Origin: an uncultured Desulfospira sp.
GTDB lineage: Bacteria; Desulfobacterota; Desulfobacteria; Desulfobacterales; Desulfobacteraceae
Length of the DNA stretch: 64,000 bases
Direction of reading: 5' to 3'
Assembly (NCBI GenBank): GCA_963663165.1
Contig: OY760175.1
Span: 4,928,001-4,992,000, forward strand
Under the pieces are notes generated by a model. The model ran no database searches and was not told the origin of the DNA. It saw only the letters and a program-made list of their open reading frames with translations. The position numbers and the translations under genes were made by a program. The first letter of the stretch is position 1. The number at the start of each line of letters is the position of its first letter. Below are positions 39,193-48,017 of this stretch, piece after piece.

Positions 39193-41883
39193 TCATGACT
39201 TTCCAGTTTTATGGTTGGTTTTAAACCGGCGCGCCCGGCATATTACGATCGTAAATATCAGCACAAGCCACACCTGTTTCAGACCCGGGTGATTTCCGGC
39301 TTGAAGGGTGTGGATAAAACAGCCGCCGCCTCCGCCGCCTCCGCCGCCCCCGCCGGAGCTGTCACTGTCGTCCCCAAAGGCAAAGGTCACGGGATCCACA
39401 ATTACACCGTTGGCCACACCGTCCGCATCCCCGTCGCCGCCGTCGGTGAGTTCCAGGGTGATGCAGGAGACATCGCCATTCTCATCCGTGGTTACCGATT
39501 CCCAGCCTGCAGTAAATTGGGTCCATCCGTTTACCTCATCATATTTGTAGATGATCAGGTCCTGGTCGTCGCTGTCCGGGGTCAGGGCCGGTGAAAAGTA
39601 CAATTGCACCTGGGTGGTTGCCCCGGCCTCGGGCACGGCAAGCTTAATGGTGAAAACGGCTGTGGCAGGTTCCATGGGGCAGGGCTCGTCCATATCCTCT
39701 TCAAACATGCGGCCAAAGTTCTCAAGGGTTGCGCCGTCGTCGGCCAGACGCAGTCCGGCCTGAACGGCGGTTTCATCTTCAGCGGTGATATCAAGCCAGT
39801 TTACACTATCCAGAAAGCCGTCTTCGCTTTCAACAATGATGCCTGGATCACCGGAAAGTTCCTGGTCGTCAGGCAGGCCATTGCCATTAGCATCGTCGCT
39901 GTTTACTGCAGCAGTGGTAAAATTAAACGGGGTGGACCAGCTCCATGGCATCCCGTTGTCATCCATAAAGCGGGCTCTCCAATAGTATGTCGTCCCGCCT
40001 TCAAGTATCAGTTCAGGCACCAGAAGATTTAAAAGAAAGGTTTCGGAGGTGATATCCATAACAAGGGATGTAAAATCCAGGTCATCACTGATCTGCCACC
40101 GGGTTGAGCCGTGCAGCGCCAGGATTGCGCTTTCACCATAATCAGCCTCAAGCGCCATGGGCAGTGCCAATTGCGATGACTGGTTTTCCGGAACCGTCAG
40201 CACGGCAATTCCCGGTCCCTGGGTAAAGGTGACAGGGTCACCGCCAAAGTCAACTTCATCACCATCCCCAACGCCGTCGCCGTCGGTGTCGGCATCATTG
40301 GGGTCGGTTCCGTTGTCAATCTCTTCGGTGTTGGTCAGGCCGTCATCATCGATATCCGTATCATAGGTCAGGCTGAGCCGGCTGGCGGCGGTGTTGTCAT
40401 TTCCCACAAGGTCCTGGACAGAGCCCGGGGTTACATCCACAGTGACTTCGCCGTCGGCTGCGGGGATGATGTTCACGGTCCAGACCTGTCCCGTGGTTGT
40501 TTCGTTAAAATCCGCGGCCGTGCCGTTTCCCACCACAAGGTCGTCAACGGTAAACCCTGTCACCTGTTCGCTGAAGGTCACGGTCACCGGGATCGGGGAT
40601 TCGCCTGTGGGATCTGCTGCCGTGGTGGAAAGCGTCACGAAAGGCAAGGTGCCGTCATAGGTCCTGGTGAGCTGATCGGCTTGGGTGTTGCCGTTTTCCG
40701 CATCATCCGTTACAGCGTCGGCATTGAGATCCACGGTGACTTCACCGTCGGCTGCGGGGATGATGTTCACGGTCCAGACCTGACCTGTGGTTGTTTCGGT
40801 AAAATCTGCGGCCGTGCAGTTTCCCACCACAAGGTCGTCAACGGTAAACCCTGTCACCTGTTCGCTGAAGGTCACGGTCACCGGGATCGGGGATTCGCCT
40901 GTGGGATCTGCTGCCGTGGTGGAAAGCGTCACGAAAGGCAAGGTGCCGTCATAGGTCCTGGTGAGCTGATCGGCTTGGGTGTTGCCGTTTTCCGCATCAT
41001 CCGTTACAGCGTCGGCATTGAGATCCACGGTGACTTCACCATCGGCTGCGGGGATGATGTTCACGGTCCAGACCTGTCCTGTGGTTGTTTCGGTAAAGTC
41101 CGCGGCCGTGCCGTTCCCCACCACAAGGTCGTCAACGGTAAACCCTGTCACCTGTTCGCTGAAGGTCACCGTCACCGGGATCGGGGATTCTCCTGTGGGA
41201 TCTGCTGCCGTGGTGGAAAGTGCAACGGAAAGCAAGGTGCTGTCATAGGTCCTGCTGAGCTGATCAGCTTGGGTGTTGCCGTAGCCCGCTAAATCCTTTA
41301 CAGCATCGGCATTTAGATCCACGGTGACTTCACCGTCGGCTGCGGGGATGATGTTCACGGTCCAGACTAGTCCCGTGGTTGTTTCGTTAAAATCCGCGGC
41401 TGTGCCGTTTCCAACCACAAGGTCGTCAACGGTAAACCCTGTCACATGTTTGCTGAAGGTCACCGTCACCGGGATCGGGGATTCTCCTGTGGGATCTGCT
41501 GCCGTGGTGGAAAGTGCAACGGAAGGCAAGGTGGTGTCATCGGGCGTGCTGGACCTCATACAACTAAAATACGTTTCTCTTATTGCCCGCTTACAAGTAA
41601 TGTCGCTGCTTATTCCGTCCCATCTTTCAAATAGGTCCTCGCACCTCTTCTGAGAAGGCATTGTAGCTGCATAGGTGAAAGCATCACAAATTGTCTCGGA
41701 GTGCTCGCAGGCATCCAAATAATCTGAACACTCAAATGCAAAAACCGTTGCGGGTATCATAGTGATCATGGCCAACAGCAATGGGATCGCCACCCATTTA
41801 GCCCGTTTCGCCTTATGATGAGCCATCGCCCGGACACCGGGGAACCGGGATGTAAACGTGACAAACTTAAAAAACCTGATCAT
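39193..41883 (-). CDS. Surface protein: 4 Ig-like repeats, TSP3-like Ca repeats, choice-of-anchor-U-like region, GGGGCFI C-terminal anchor
   Basis: 98-aa repeats PVTVTFSE.VTGF..; LTDGGDGDADGVANGVIVDP; poly-G-CFI, TM segment and basic tail. Confidence 0.85.
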   Translation of the reverse strand: MIRFFKFVTFTSRFPGVRAMAHHKAKRAKWVAIPLLLAMITMIPATVFAFECSDYLDACEHSETICDAFTYAATMPSQKRCEDLFERWDGISSDITCKRAIRETYFSCMRSSTPDDTTLPSVALSTTAADPTGESPIPVTVTFSKHVTGFTVDDLVVGNGTAADFNETTTGLVWTVNIIPAADGEVTVDLNADAVKDLAGYGNTQADQLSRTYDSTLLSVALSTTAADPTGESPIPVTVTFSEQVTGFTVDDLVVGNGTAADFTETTTGQVWTVNIIPAADGEVTVDLNADAVTDDAENGNTQADQLTRTYDGTLPFVTLSTTAADPTGESPIPVTVTFSEQVTGFTVDDLVVGNCTAADFTETTTGQVWTVNIIPAADGEVTVDLNADAVTDDAENGNTQADQLTRTYDGTLPFVTLSTTAADPTGESPIPVTVTFSEQVTGFTVDDLVVGNGTAADFNETTTGQVWTVNIIPAADGEVTVDVTPGSVQDLVGNDNTAASRLSLTYDTDIDDDGLTNTEEIDNGTDPNDADTDGDGVGDGDEVDFGGDPVTFTQGPGIAVLTVPENQSSQLALPMALEADYGESAILALHGSTRWQISDDLDFTSLVMDITSETFLLNLLVPELILEGGTTYYWRARFMDDNGMPWSWSTPFNFTTAAVNSDDANGNGLPDDQELSGDPGIIVESEDGFLDSVNWLDITAEDETAVQAGLRLADDGATLENFGRMFEEDMDEPCPMEPATAVFTIKLAVPEAGATTQVQLYFSPALTPDSDDQDLIIYKYDEVNGWTQFTAGWESVTTDENGDVSCITLELTDGGDGDADGVANGVIVDPVTFAFGDDSDSSGGGGGGGGGGGCFIHTLQAGNHPGLKQVWLVLIFTIVICRARRFKTNHKTGKS
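40361..41536. repeat. Four tandem 294-bp intragenic repeats
   Basis: Period 294 (e.g. 40660 vs 40954). Confidence 0.85.
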
Positions 41884-41939
41884 GACTTACTCCTCTATCC
41901 TGAGTTAAGGTCTCACTGTTTCGTCAAATTATTTCGAAA

Positions 41940-41988
41940 TCCGGGGACACCTTACTTATTTATTCCCAATTCAGTAAGGTGTCCCCGT
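41940..41988. repeat. REP-like palindrome
   Basis: CGGGGACACCTTACT ... AGTAAGGTGTCCCCG. Confidence 0.75.
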
Positions 41989-42352
41989 TTTGTGCATAAC
42001 CCAAAAAACCGGCATATGCCAATTCAGTACTACTGATATTGATATTGGAAATGGTGTACCCCTGGCCATTGTAAGTGCCGGTAAAACTGGTGTCGGCATT
42101 GCCAATGGGCGTGAACTCACGGCCAATCATATCAATATCGGCTGTCTGGATAAAATAATACCCTCGATCCCAATACGAAGAATCCGCAGAAAGGCCGACA
42201 AGGTCATCCGCAGAACTGATCTGAAAAGGATTGCTTTGTGACCCATCCCCTTTGGCAAAGGTGTAGTCGGAGGCGTCAGCCGGTGAAATTGTGGCACAGA
42301 AGAACAGCATGCCGGCCAGGATTATACGGGATACTTTACGCTTGAATTGCAT
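41960..42352 (-). pseudogene. Secreted GLUG-motif-type protein, N-terminal fragment
   Basis: Signal peptide; GDGSQSNPFQISSADDL, FTPIG..FTGTYNGQGYTISN; ends inside the REP palindrome. Confidence 0.72.
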
Positions 42353-42401
42353 GCGGGATTTTTCCTTCCAAGGTCAACTTTAATGGGTTTTACATGCGAA
42401 T

Positions 42402-42635
42402 AACACATGAAAACCTGCCCTGTCGTCCGGGATCATGTTTTTTTTGCATGTGGGAAAAGACCAAAAAACGGGCAAAAAAAGTGACAGAAATGCACAATTT
42501 CGGACGTCTGAAAAACTTAAAAATTATCTGTTAAATAATTATGTTATGAAGATATGGATGAAATATTGAGTGAATTTACAATTGCCTTGGATTCAGGTAT
42601 AAATTTTTTTGAAAAAAAACAGACAGACAGGATCT
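42402..42635. promoter_or_regulatory. Duplicated upstream region, copy 2 (divergent with the AraC regulator)
   Basis: Homologous to 38441-38672. Confidence 0.75.
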
Positions 42636-42639
42636 GGAC

Positions 42640-45600
42640 TTGATACTGATGGAATTTTTTGGGCGGAAAACTGAAATTGAAAAACTGGGCCGGGCCTTTT
42701 CAAGGATCCGGAAGGGTGAAGGACGCATGGCCCTTGTCACCGGTCCACCGGGGGTGGGAAAAAGCGCCCTGGTGCATCGGTTTGCCCTGGATGCCGAGGC
42801 TGCCGGCGGGCTGTACGCCTTTGGCAAGGCAGATCTTAACCGCTTGGCCACCCCCTTTGGTGCGGTGGGACCGGCCCTGGACATGATCGTTAAAAAAATG
42901 ATTGCCGAATCATCGGAACAGGCGGCAGACCTGGCCCGTCAGGTTCAGGATCGAATGGGGGACGATATGGGTCGGGTTCTGGCCCTTACGCCGAGCCTCT
43001 CCTTTGTGCTGCCGGACACGGAAAAGCCCCGGGGGGACGGTTCCGGCCTTTCGGCAAGCAGTCTGATCTACACGCTTCTGGAACTTTTCACCCGCCAAAG
43101 CCGGGGCCTGGTTCTTTTTCTGGACGATATCCAGTGGTTGGATACCGCCGCCATGAAGCTGCTCACCCATCTGACTGTGGCGCCTCCGATTCCAGGCCTT
43201 CTCACCGTGCTGGGAGTCCGGGGGGTAAAATACAGCACCGCACCCGGAATGGCGGATCTGGAAAAAGGCGTCCGGGAGACGGACGGCACTCTTTTTCTGC
43301 CCCTTAAGGGCCTGTCCGGGCGGGATGTTGCAGCCTTTCTGAAACATCGTCTGGAGACCGGGCAGAAGATGGCGGATCTGGCGGCACTGTGTCTGGAAAA
43401 GACCCACGGAAATCCCCTCTACCTGAATCGGTTTATTGAGGATCTTCTGGCTTCCGGGGATCTTTCCCGCCATGTTGATGGGTGGCAATGGGCGACGGAC
43501 AAAATCCGCTCCCGGGGGTTTTCCGAAAATGTCATTGATCTTATTGTCTCCCGCATCCGCAATATCCCTGAAAATTGTCTGACTCTTTTGAAATACGGCG
43601 CCCTGATCCAGGGAGATCTCAATATGGAGGAACTGGCCTCAATTACGGGGCTTACAGCCGAAGAGGTCTCTTTGCTTCTACTATCGCCTCTCAAGTCCAA
43701 TCTTCTGGAAATGAAGAAAGATCTCTGCGGCTTTACCCATGATCGGGTTCGCGAGGCCGTATGGGGCATCATCGAAAAGGCGGAAGCAAAGGAGATTCAT
43801 TTCAGGCTGACTGTTCATTATATGGCGGCGGTTCGTAAGGGGGCGGACCGACAGCGGCTTTTTTCCATGCTGCACCATTTTGAACGCTGCTCCGGCATGG
43901 GGTTCTCCCCGGAAGAGACCGGTGAAATGGCCCGGTATTACCTGGCGGCCGGCCGGCAAGCCCTTCGTCAAGCCACCTACGACCAGGCCCTTACATGGTA
44001 TCTGGCGGGAATGGCGCTTCTTGGGGAGCCAGTCCTGGGCGATGATACCGCTGTGGCCTGGCAGATGTGCCGCTACGGCGCTGAATGCGCCTATCTCACC
44101 GGAGCGTTTGACACGGCGGACCGGCTGTTCCGTGAGGCCGGAGCCTATGCGCCTGACCCCGATGCCCGGTTCGAAATGGAGATGGTGAGGTTCGCCTCCT
44201 TCCAGGCCCGGGATCACCACGAAACGGTTCTGTCCTTGGGGCGGCAGATCCTTAGGCAACTGGGCCACCCCCTGCCGGAGCGAATCTCTGGTCTGAAACT
44301 GGTATGGATGATTCTTAGGCTGTGGCGGCGTCTGGCGGTTGGGAAACAGGGCGCATCCTTGACGCCGGCAGAGGACGGCCGGCCGGATGCCCGGGTCCTC
44401 AAGGTGCTCCTTCCCCTGGGTCCGTCCGCCATCTACCTCAACCGGAAAGATCTTTTTCTCTTCAGTGTTGCCCGGGGTTTTGAAATCAGCCTCCAGTGGG
44501 GGGATAGCAAAGAGAGCCCAATGTTCTATCTCTCCTTTGGTCTGGTCTTGAACCGCATGACCGGCTCCATCGCCCGTGGCCGCGGTTTCGCCCGCCGGCT
44601 GGCCGCCACGGCCCGGGAAATCCGGGCCAGGTATCCTGACGAGAACCTTCGGGCAAAGGAGATGTATATAGCGGCCTCCTTTCTGGAGCACTGCTACCGC
44701 CCCATGCCCCGGCTCCTTGCCAACTATGAAGAGGGAATGCGGATGTGCCGCAAACAGGGGGACCATGTCTATTACGCCTATTACGCCATCACCCTCTTGC
44801 ACTGCCGCCTTTTGGCCGGTGCCGCCCTGAAGTCCGTGCTTTCCGAGGCCAAAGAGATTTTATCGATGCTTCGTCGAATGAAAAACGCCTCCGGCATCCA
44901 GGTAGTATCGCTGCTGGTTCAAATGATCGACGGACTCTGCACGGGGACGCAAGCGCCTTTTGACCCCGGAGTCGCGCAGGAAAACGCCCCCCCTGGTATC
45001 GGTGAAGACCCGCGCCTCACCACGAACCGTACCTATTTGCTGTGGCATCGGATTTGTTTCGCCTTTTTTTCCGGCCGGACGGATCTGGCCCATCCCATCA
45101 TCCCGGAGACGTCGAAACAGTGGGATGGCTATCTGATCTATAACTACATCCGCTTTATAGCGGCGTTAATTGAAATCGATGCGGGGAAAAGCCGAAAGCG
45201 GGCCCGAAAAGGACTTAAGATAGTCCTGCGCTATGCCAGGGAAAATCCCTCCTTCTACCGGGGGCGCTGCCTGCTGGCTAAGGGAGAGTTTGCAAGGGTA
45301 TGGGGAAGACCGTCCCGAGCCCTGGGGTTTTACCTGCAGGCCGAAGCGATTTTCGAAACAGAACCTGACGGCTTTTTTGAAAAGGGATATCTGAAGGAGA
45401 AAGCGGCGCTGGTATACACCCTTTTGGGGGACGACGAGGCCGCCCGAAAAGTCAGAGCCCAGGCCATCGCCTGTTTCCGAAAATGGGGACTAGGGCGGCG
45501 GGAGGGCCTGTTTGAGGCGGCGGAACCGGAACTTGCCTCTGAAGCGGAAGAAAGATCCCATGGGGCTTGTGAAACGGCTGGGGGCGTCGGCAAAGAGCAG

Positions 45601-46377
45601 GCAGCGCTTTTTGCCATTTCCGAGAAGACCCGTGCGGCCGAGGTCCATGCCGTGGTTCGGGATGCCGCCTGCTGGAAATCCCTGATGGTTGTGGAAAAGG
45701 GACGGCTTCACCGGCCGGCCACAGTTCTCCCTCTTCCGGACAGGATGCTGACCTTCGCTGTCACCACCGGCCAGGTGGTGACGGCTACCAAAAAAGACGC
45801 CGCAGAGCAGTTTTTCGATACAGCCTTTGTTTTTGAACGCAGGCCCGAGGCCCTGGTGGTGCTGCCGGCCGGAGACCGGGCAGCAGTGCTCATCGTCGAT
45901 CCGGGCAGGGAGGCTGACACGGCGGCGCTCGAACGTCTGGCCTTACCTGTGAGCGATTGGCTGGCCCTGAACATTCCGAACCCGGCATCGGCAGACGAAG
46001 GACAGGTCGACGAGGCTCACAGACTCATGACCATCTGTCGGATGCTTCAGGCCTATATGGCGAGAAAACGGGTCTATCGCAACCCGAAGCTCGATCTGAA
46101 ACAGCTTGCCGATGAGTTGAACATACACCGGCGCACCATTACCAGCGCCCTCAACGTATGCCTGAACCAGAACCTCAATACCTTTATCAACAGCTACCGC
46201 ATCGAAGAGATCAAAGAGCAGATGATGCTGCCCGAAAACAAAAACAAGACGATTATAGAGATAGCCTTTGCCGCCGGATTTAACTCCAAGTCAACCTTCA
46301 ACCAAACATTCCGGCGTCAGACGGGGATGACCCCGTCTGAATACCGGGCGGTACAATACACGTCGTGGCACGCTTGA
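42640..46377 (+). CDS. Large AAA/STAND-type ATPase with C-terminal AraC HTH
   Basis: GPPGVGKS, LFLDDIQW, GNPLY, FTHDRVRE; C-terminal IAFAAGFNSKSTFNQTFRRQTGMTPSEYR. Confidence 0.88.
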   Translation: MILMEFFGRKTEIEKLGRAFSRIRKGEGRMALVTGPPGVGKSALVHRFALDAEAAGGLYAFGKADLNRLATPFGAVGPALDMIVKKMIAESSEQAADLARQVQDRMGDDMGRVLALTPSLSFVLPDTEKPRGDGSGLSASSLIYTLLELFTRQSRGLVLFLDDIQWLDTAAMKLLTHLTVAPPIPGLLTVLGVRGVKYSTAPGMADLEKGVRETDGTLFLPLKGLSGRDVAAFLKHRLETGQKMADLAALCLEKTHGNPLYLNRFIEDLLASGDLSRHVDGWQWATDKIRSRGFSENVIDLIVSRIRNIPENCLTLLKYGALIQGDLNMEELASITGLTAEEVSLLLLSPLKSNLLEMKKDLCGFTHDRVREAVWGIIEKAEAKEIHFRLTVHYMAAVRKGADRQRLFSMLHHFERCSGMGFSPEETGEMARYYLAAGRQALRQATYDQALTWYLAGMALLGEPVLGDDTAVAWQMCRYGAECAYLTGAFDTADRLFREAGAYAPDPDARFEMEMVRFASFQARDHHETVLSLGRQILRQLGHPLPERISGLKLVWMILRLWRRLAVGKQGASLTPAEDGRPDARVLKVLLPLGPSAIYLNRKDLFLFSVARGFEISLQWGDSKESPMFYLSFGLVLNRMTGSIARGRGFARRLAATAREIRARYPDENLRAKEMYIAASFLEHCYRPMPRLLANYEEGMRMCRKQGDHVYYAYYAITLLHCRLLAGAALKSVLSEAKEILSMLRRMKNASGIQVVSLLVQMIDGLCTGTQAPFDPGVAQENAPPGIGEDPRLTTNRTYLLWHRICFAFFSGRTDLAHPIIPETSKQWDGYLIYNYIRFIAALIEIDAGKSRKRARKGLKIVLRYARENPSFYRGRCLLAKGEFARVWGRPSRALGFYLQAEAIFETEPDGFFEKGYLKEKAALVYTLLGDDEAARKVRAQAIACFRKWGLGRREGLFEAAEPELASEAEERSHGACETAGGVGKEQAALFAISEKTRAAEVHAVVRDAACWKSLMVVEKGRLHRPATVLPLPDRMLTFAVTTGQVVTATKKDAAEQFFDTAFVFERRPEALVVLPAGDRAAVLIVDPGREADTAALERLALPVSDWLALNIPNPASADEGQVDEAHRLMTICRMLQAYMARKRVYRNPKLDLKQLADELNIHRRTITSALNVCLNQNLNTFINSYRIEEIKEQMMLPENKNKTIIEIAFAAGFNSKSTFNQTFRRQTGMTPSEYRAVQYTSWHA

Positions 46378-46949
46378 ACAGTCGCCCCTTGTAGTCTGGG
46401 CTATCTCAAAGATGGTTTTATATTCCATAGTTCATTTTTTGAAGTGCTAACATGAAAATTACCGGTTTATCCGGTGCATTTTGGGGTTAGAATTAAGTAT
46501 CCTCGGAATTAAGCCCGCAGAGCACAAAAAAGAGCGCCAGCGCAGCCCACATCATTATCGTAAATAAGGTTTGTCGTTTCATAATATAACAAGTTATTCT
46601 CCGGTTGTCCGCATATCATTCAAAAAACTGATATCTATCCGCATATCACTAGGAATCAACGGATAACCGGGTTGATTATCATCTTAGTGTTTACCTAAAC
46701 TGCATATCAGTATGGCGGTATCATGTAAAGATTATTCAGGGCAAAATATTTTGTAAATAGATTTGCCAGAAGTTAGCCAGCCTTATATCAGTCATTTTTT
46801 TTGAAATGCTAAAGTTGTCGTGCGGTATCCGTTCAAACAAGCAATACCAAGGAGAGCACTTGGTATTTAAGGACTCCCAAGAAAATTTTGGAGCGGCGTG
46901 GGCTACTTTAAAAATTAAACCGGGCACAGGCTTGGGCACTCAAATCAAA

Positions 46950-46981
46950 AAAGCACTTACAGTTTTTTTCTGTAAGTGCTT
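46950..46981 (-). terminator. Hairpin terminator downstream of the tRNA
   Basis: AAGCACTTACAG / CTGTAAGTGCTT stem followed by a T-run on the minus strand. Confidence 0.7.
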
Positions 46982-46989
46982 GAATTTGC

Positions 46990-47064
46990 TGGTGGGCGGT
47001 ACTGGGTTTGAACCAGCGACTTCTACCGTGTGAAGGTAGCACTCTCCCGCTGAGTTAACCGCCC
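46990..47064 (-). tRNA. tRNA-Val(CAC)
   Basis: GGGCGGTTAACTCAGCGGGAGAGTGCTACCTT-CAC-ACGGTAGAAGTCGCTGGTTCAAACCCAGTACCGCCCACCA. Confidence 0.96.
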
Positions 47065-47133
47065 GGGGCTGCCGGTATGTCCGGCATTGATTATGTGTGT
47101 TTTATTAGAATGTCTGGCCTGGAATGTCAATAA

Positions 47134-47688
47134 TCATTTTTCAGTAAATGATCTTTCAAACAGTTCTGATAATGCCTGTTTGGCATTGTCGGTCAGGTTC
47201 CGGGTGCCGGTTCCGGCAAATGTTTTGTGGGAGATCACCGGGGTGACCATCTTCCAGGAGTTGTCAATCCAGGAAAACCAGGCTTTCCGGTCCTGCTCAT
47301 AAACAAACAGGGGGCGGTTGAACAACTTGCCAAGTTCCACTCCCCAGCCGGTTCCCCCCTTAACCGTATTGTCCGGCAGGATCCATCCGACCACAAAAAT
47401 TTGGTACCCGTTATTGATCATGTGAAATATGGACTGGATGACCTTTCGAATTTTATCGGCCTTTGCAAAGGACCGGCCCATGCGGGTAGAAACAATATCC
47501 ATACTGATATCACCTTTCTTCAGCTCTTCCGGGGACAGGACCCACACCCCGGAATCTCTATGAAGATTGTGCCCTTCAAAGGAAAAGTTGACTTCTTTGA
47601 CGCCATATTGTTCGGCAAGCTTGCCGAACTCTTCTTCGGCACCCCTGTGCCCCCCGCTGTATAATGTATACTGTGATGCTTGAATCAT
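47134..47688 (-). CDS. Hypothetical protein, possibly SLOG superfamily
   Basis: SGGHRGAE, GGTGWGV, FAGTGTR; GGAG RBS. Confidence 0.7.
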   Translation of the reverse strand: MIQASQYTLYSGGHRGAEEEFGKLAEQYGVKEVNFSFEGHNLHRDSGVWVLSPEELKKGDISMDIVSTRMGRSFAKADKIRKVIQSIFHMINNGYQIFVVGWILPDNTVKGGTGWGVELGKLFNRPLFVYEQDRKAWFSWIDNSWKMVTPVISHKTFAGTGTRNLTDNAKQALSELFERSFTEK

Positions 47689-48017
47689 TTATTTATCTCC
47701 TGATAACTGCTTTTAAGGTTATTGGAATGGATTTGTTTTATCCTGATGGTATAGATTAACTGAATTATATTATATGAACTGTCGGAAATAATCAATAATG
47801 CCGGTCAGATATTAAGAAATAATTAAGGGAATCCCCGATCCTTGACAAAGCCTGGCCCCCCCTTTAATATAACTGATTTTAATTGAGGGGCAGTAACGCA
47901 AGCCGTCTTGCCCCTGAAAAAACCAGATGTATTTCAGGGGGATGCGGTAACCTTTCTTGGGCCCCTGAAGCGGCGGCCTGCCGTATTGATTAATAGAGAC
48001 TACCCTTCGGAGGCACC

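Noticed and set aside
46886..46905. TGGAGCGGCGTGGG as a tRNA 3'-end att duplication
   Set aside because: Too short and does not match the tRNA-Val 3' end
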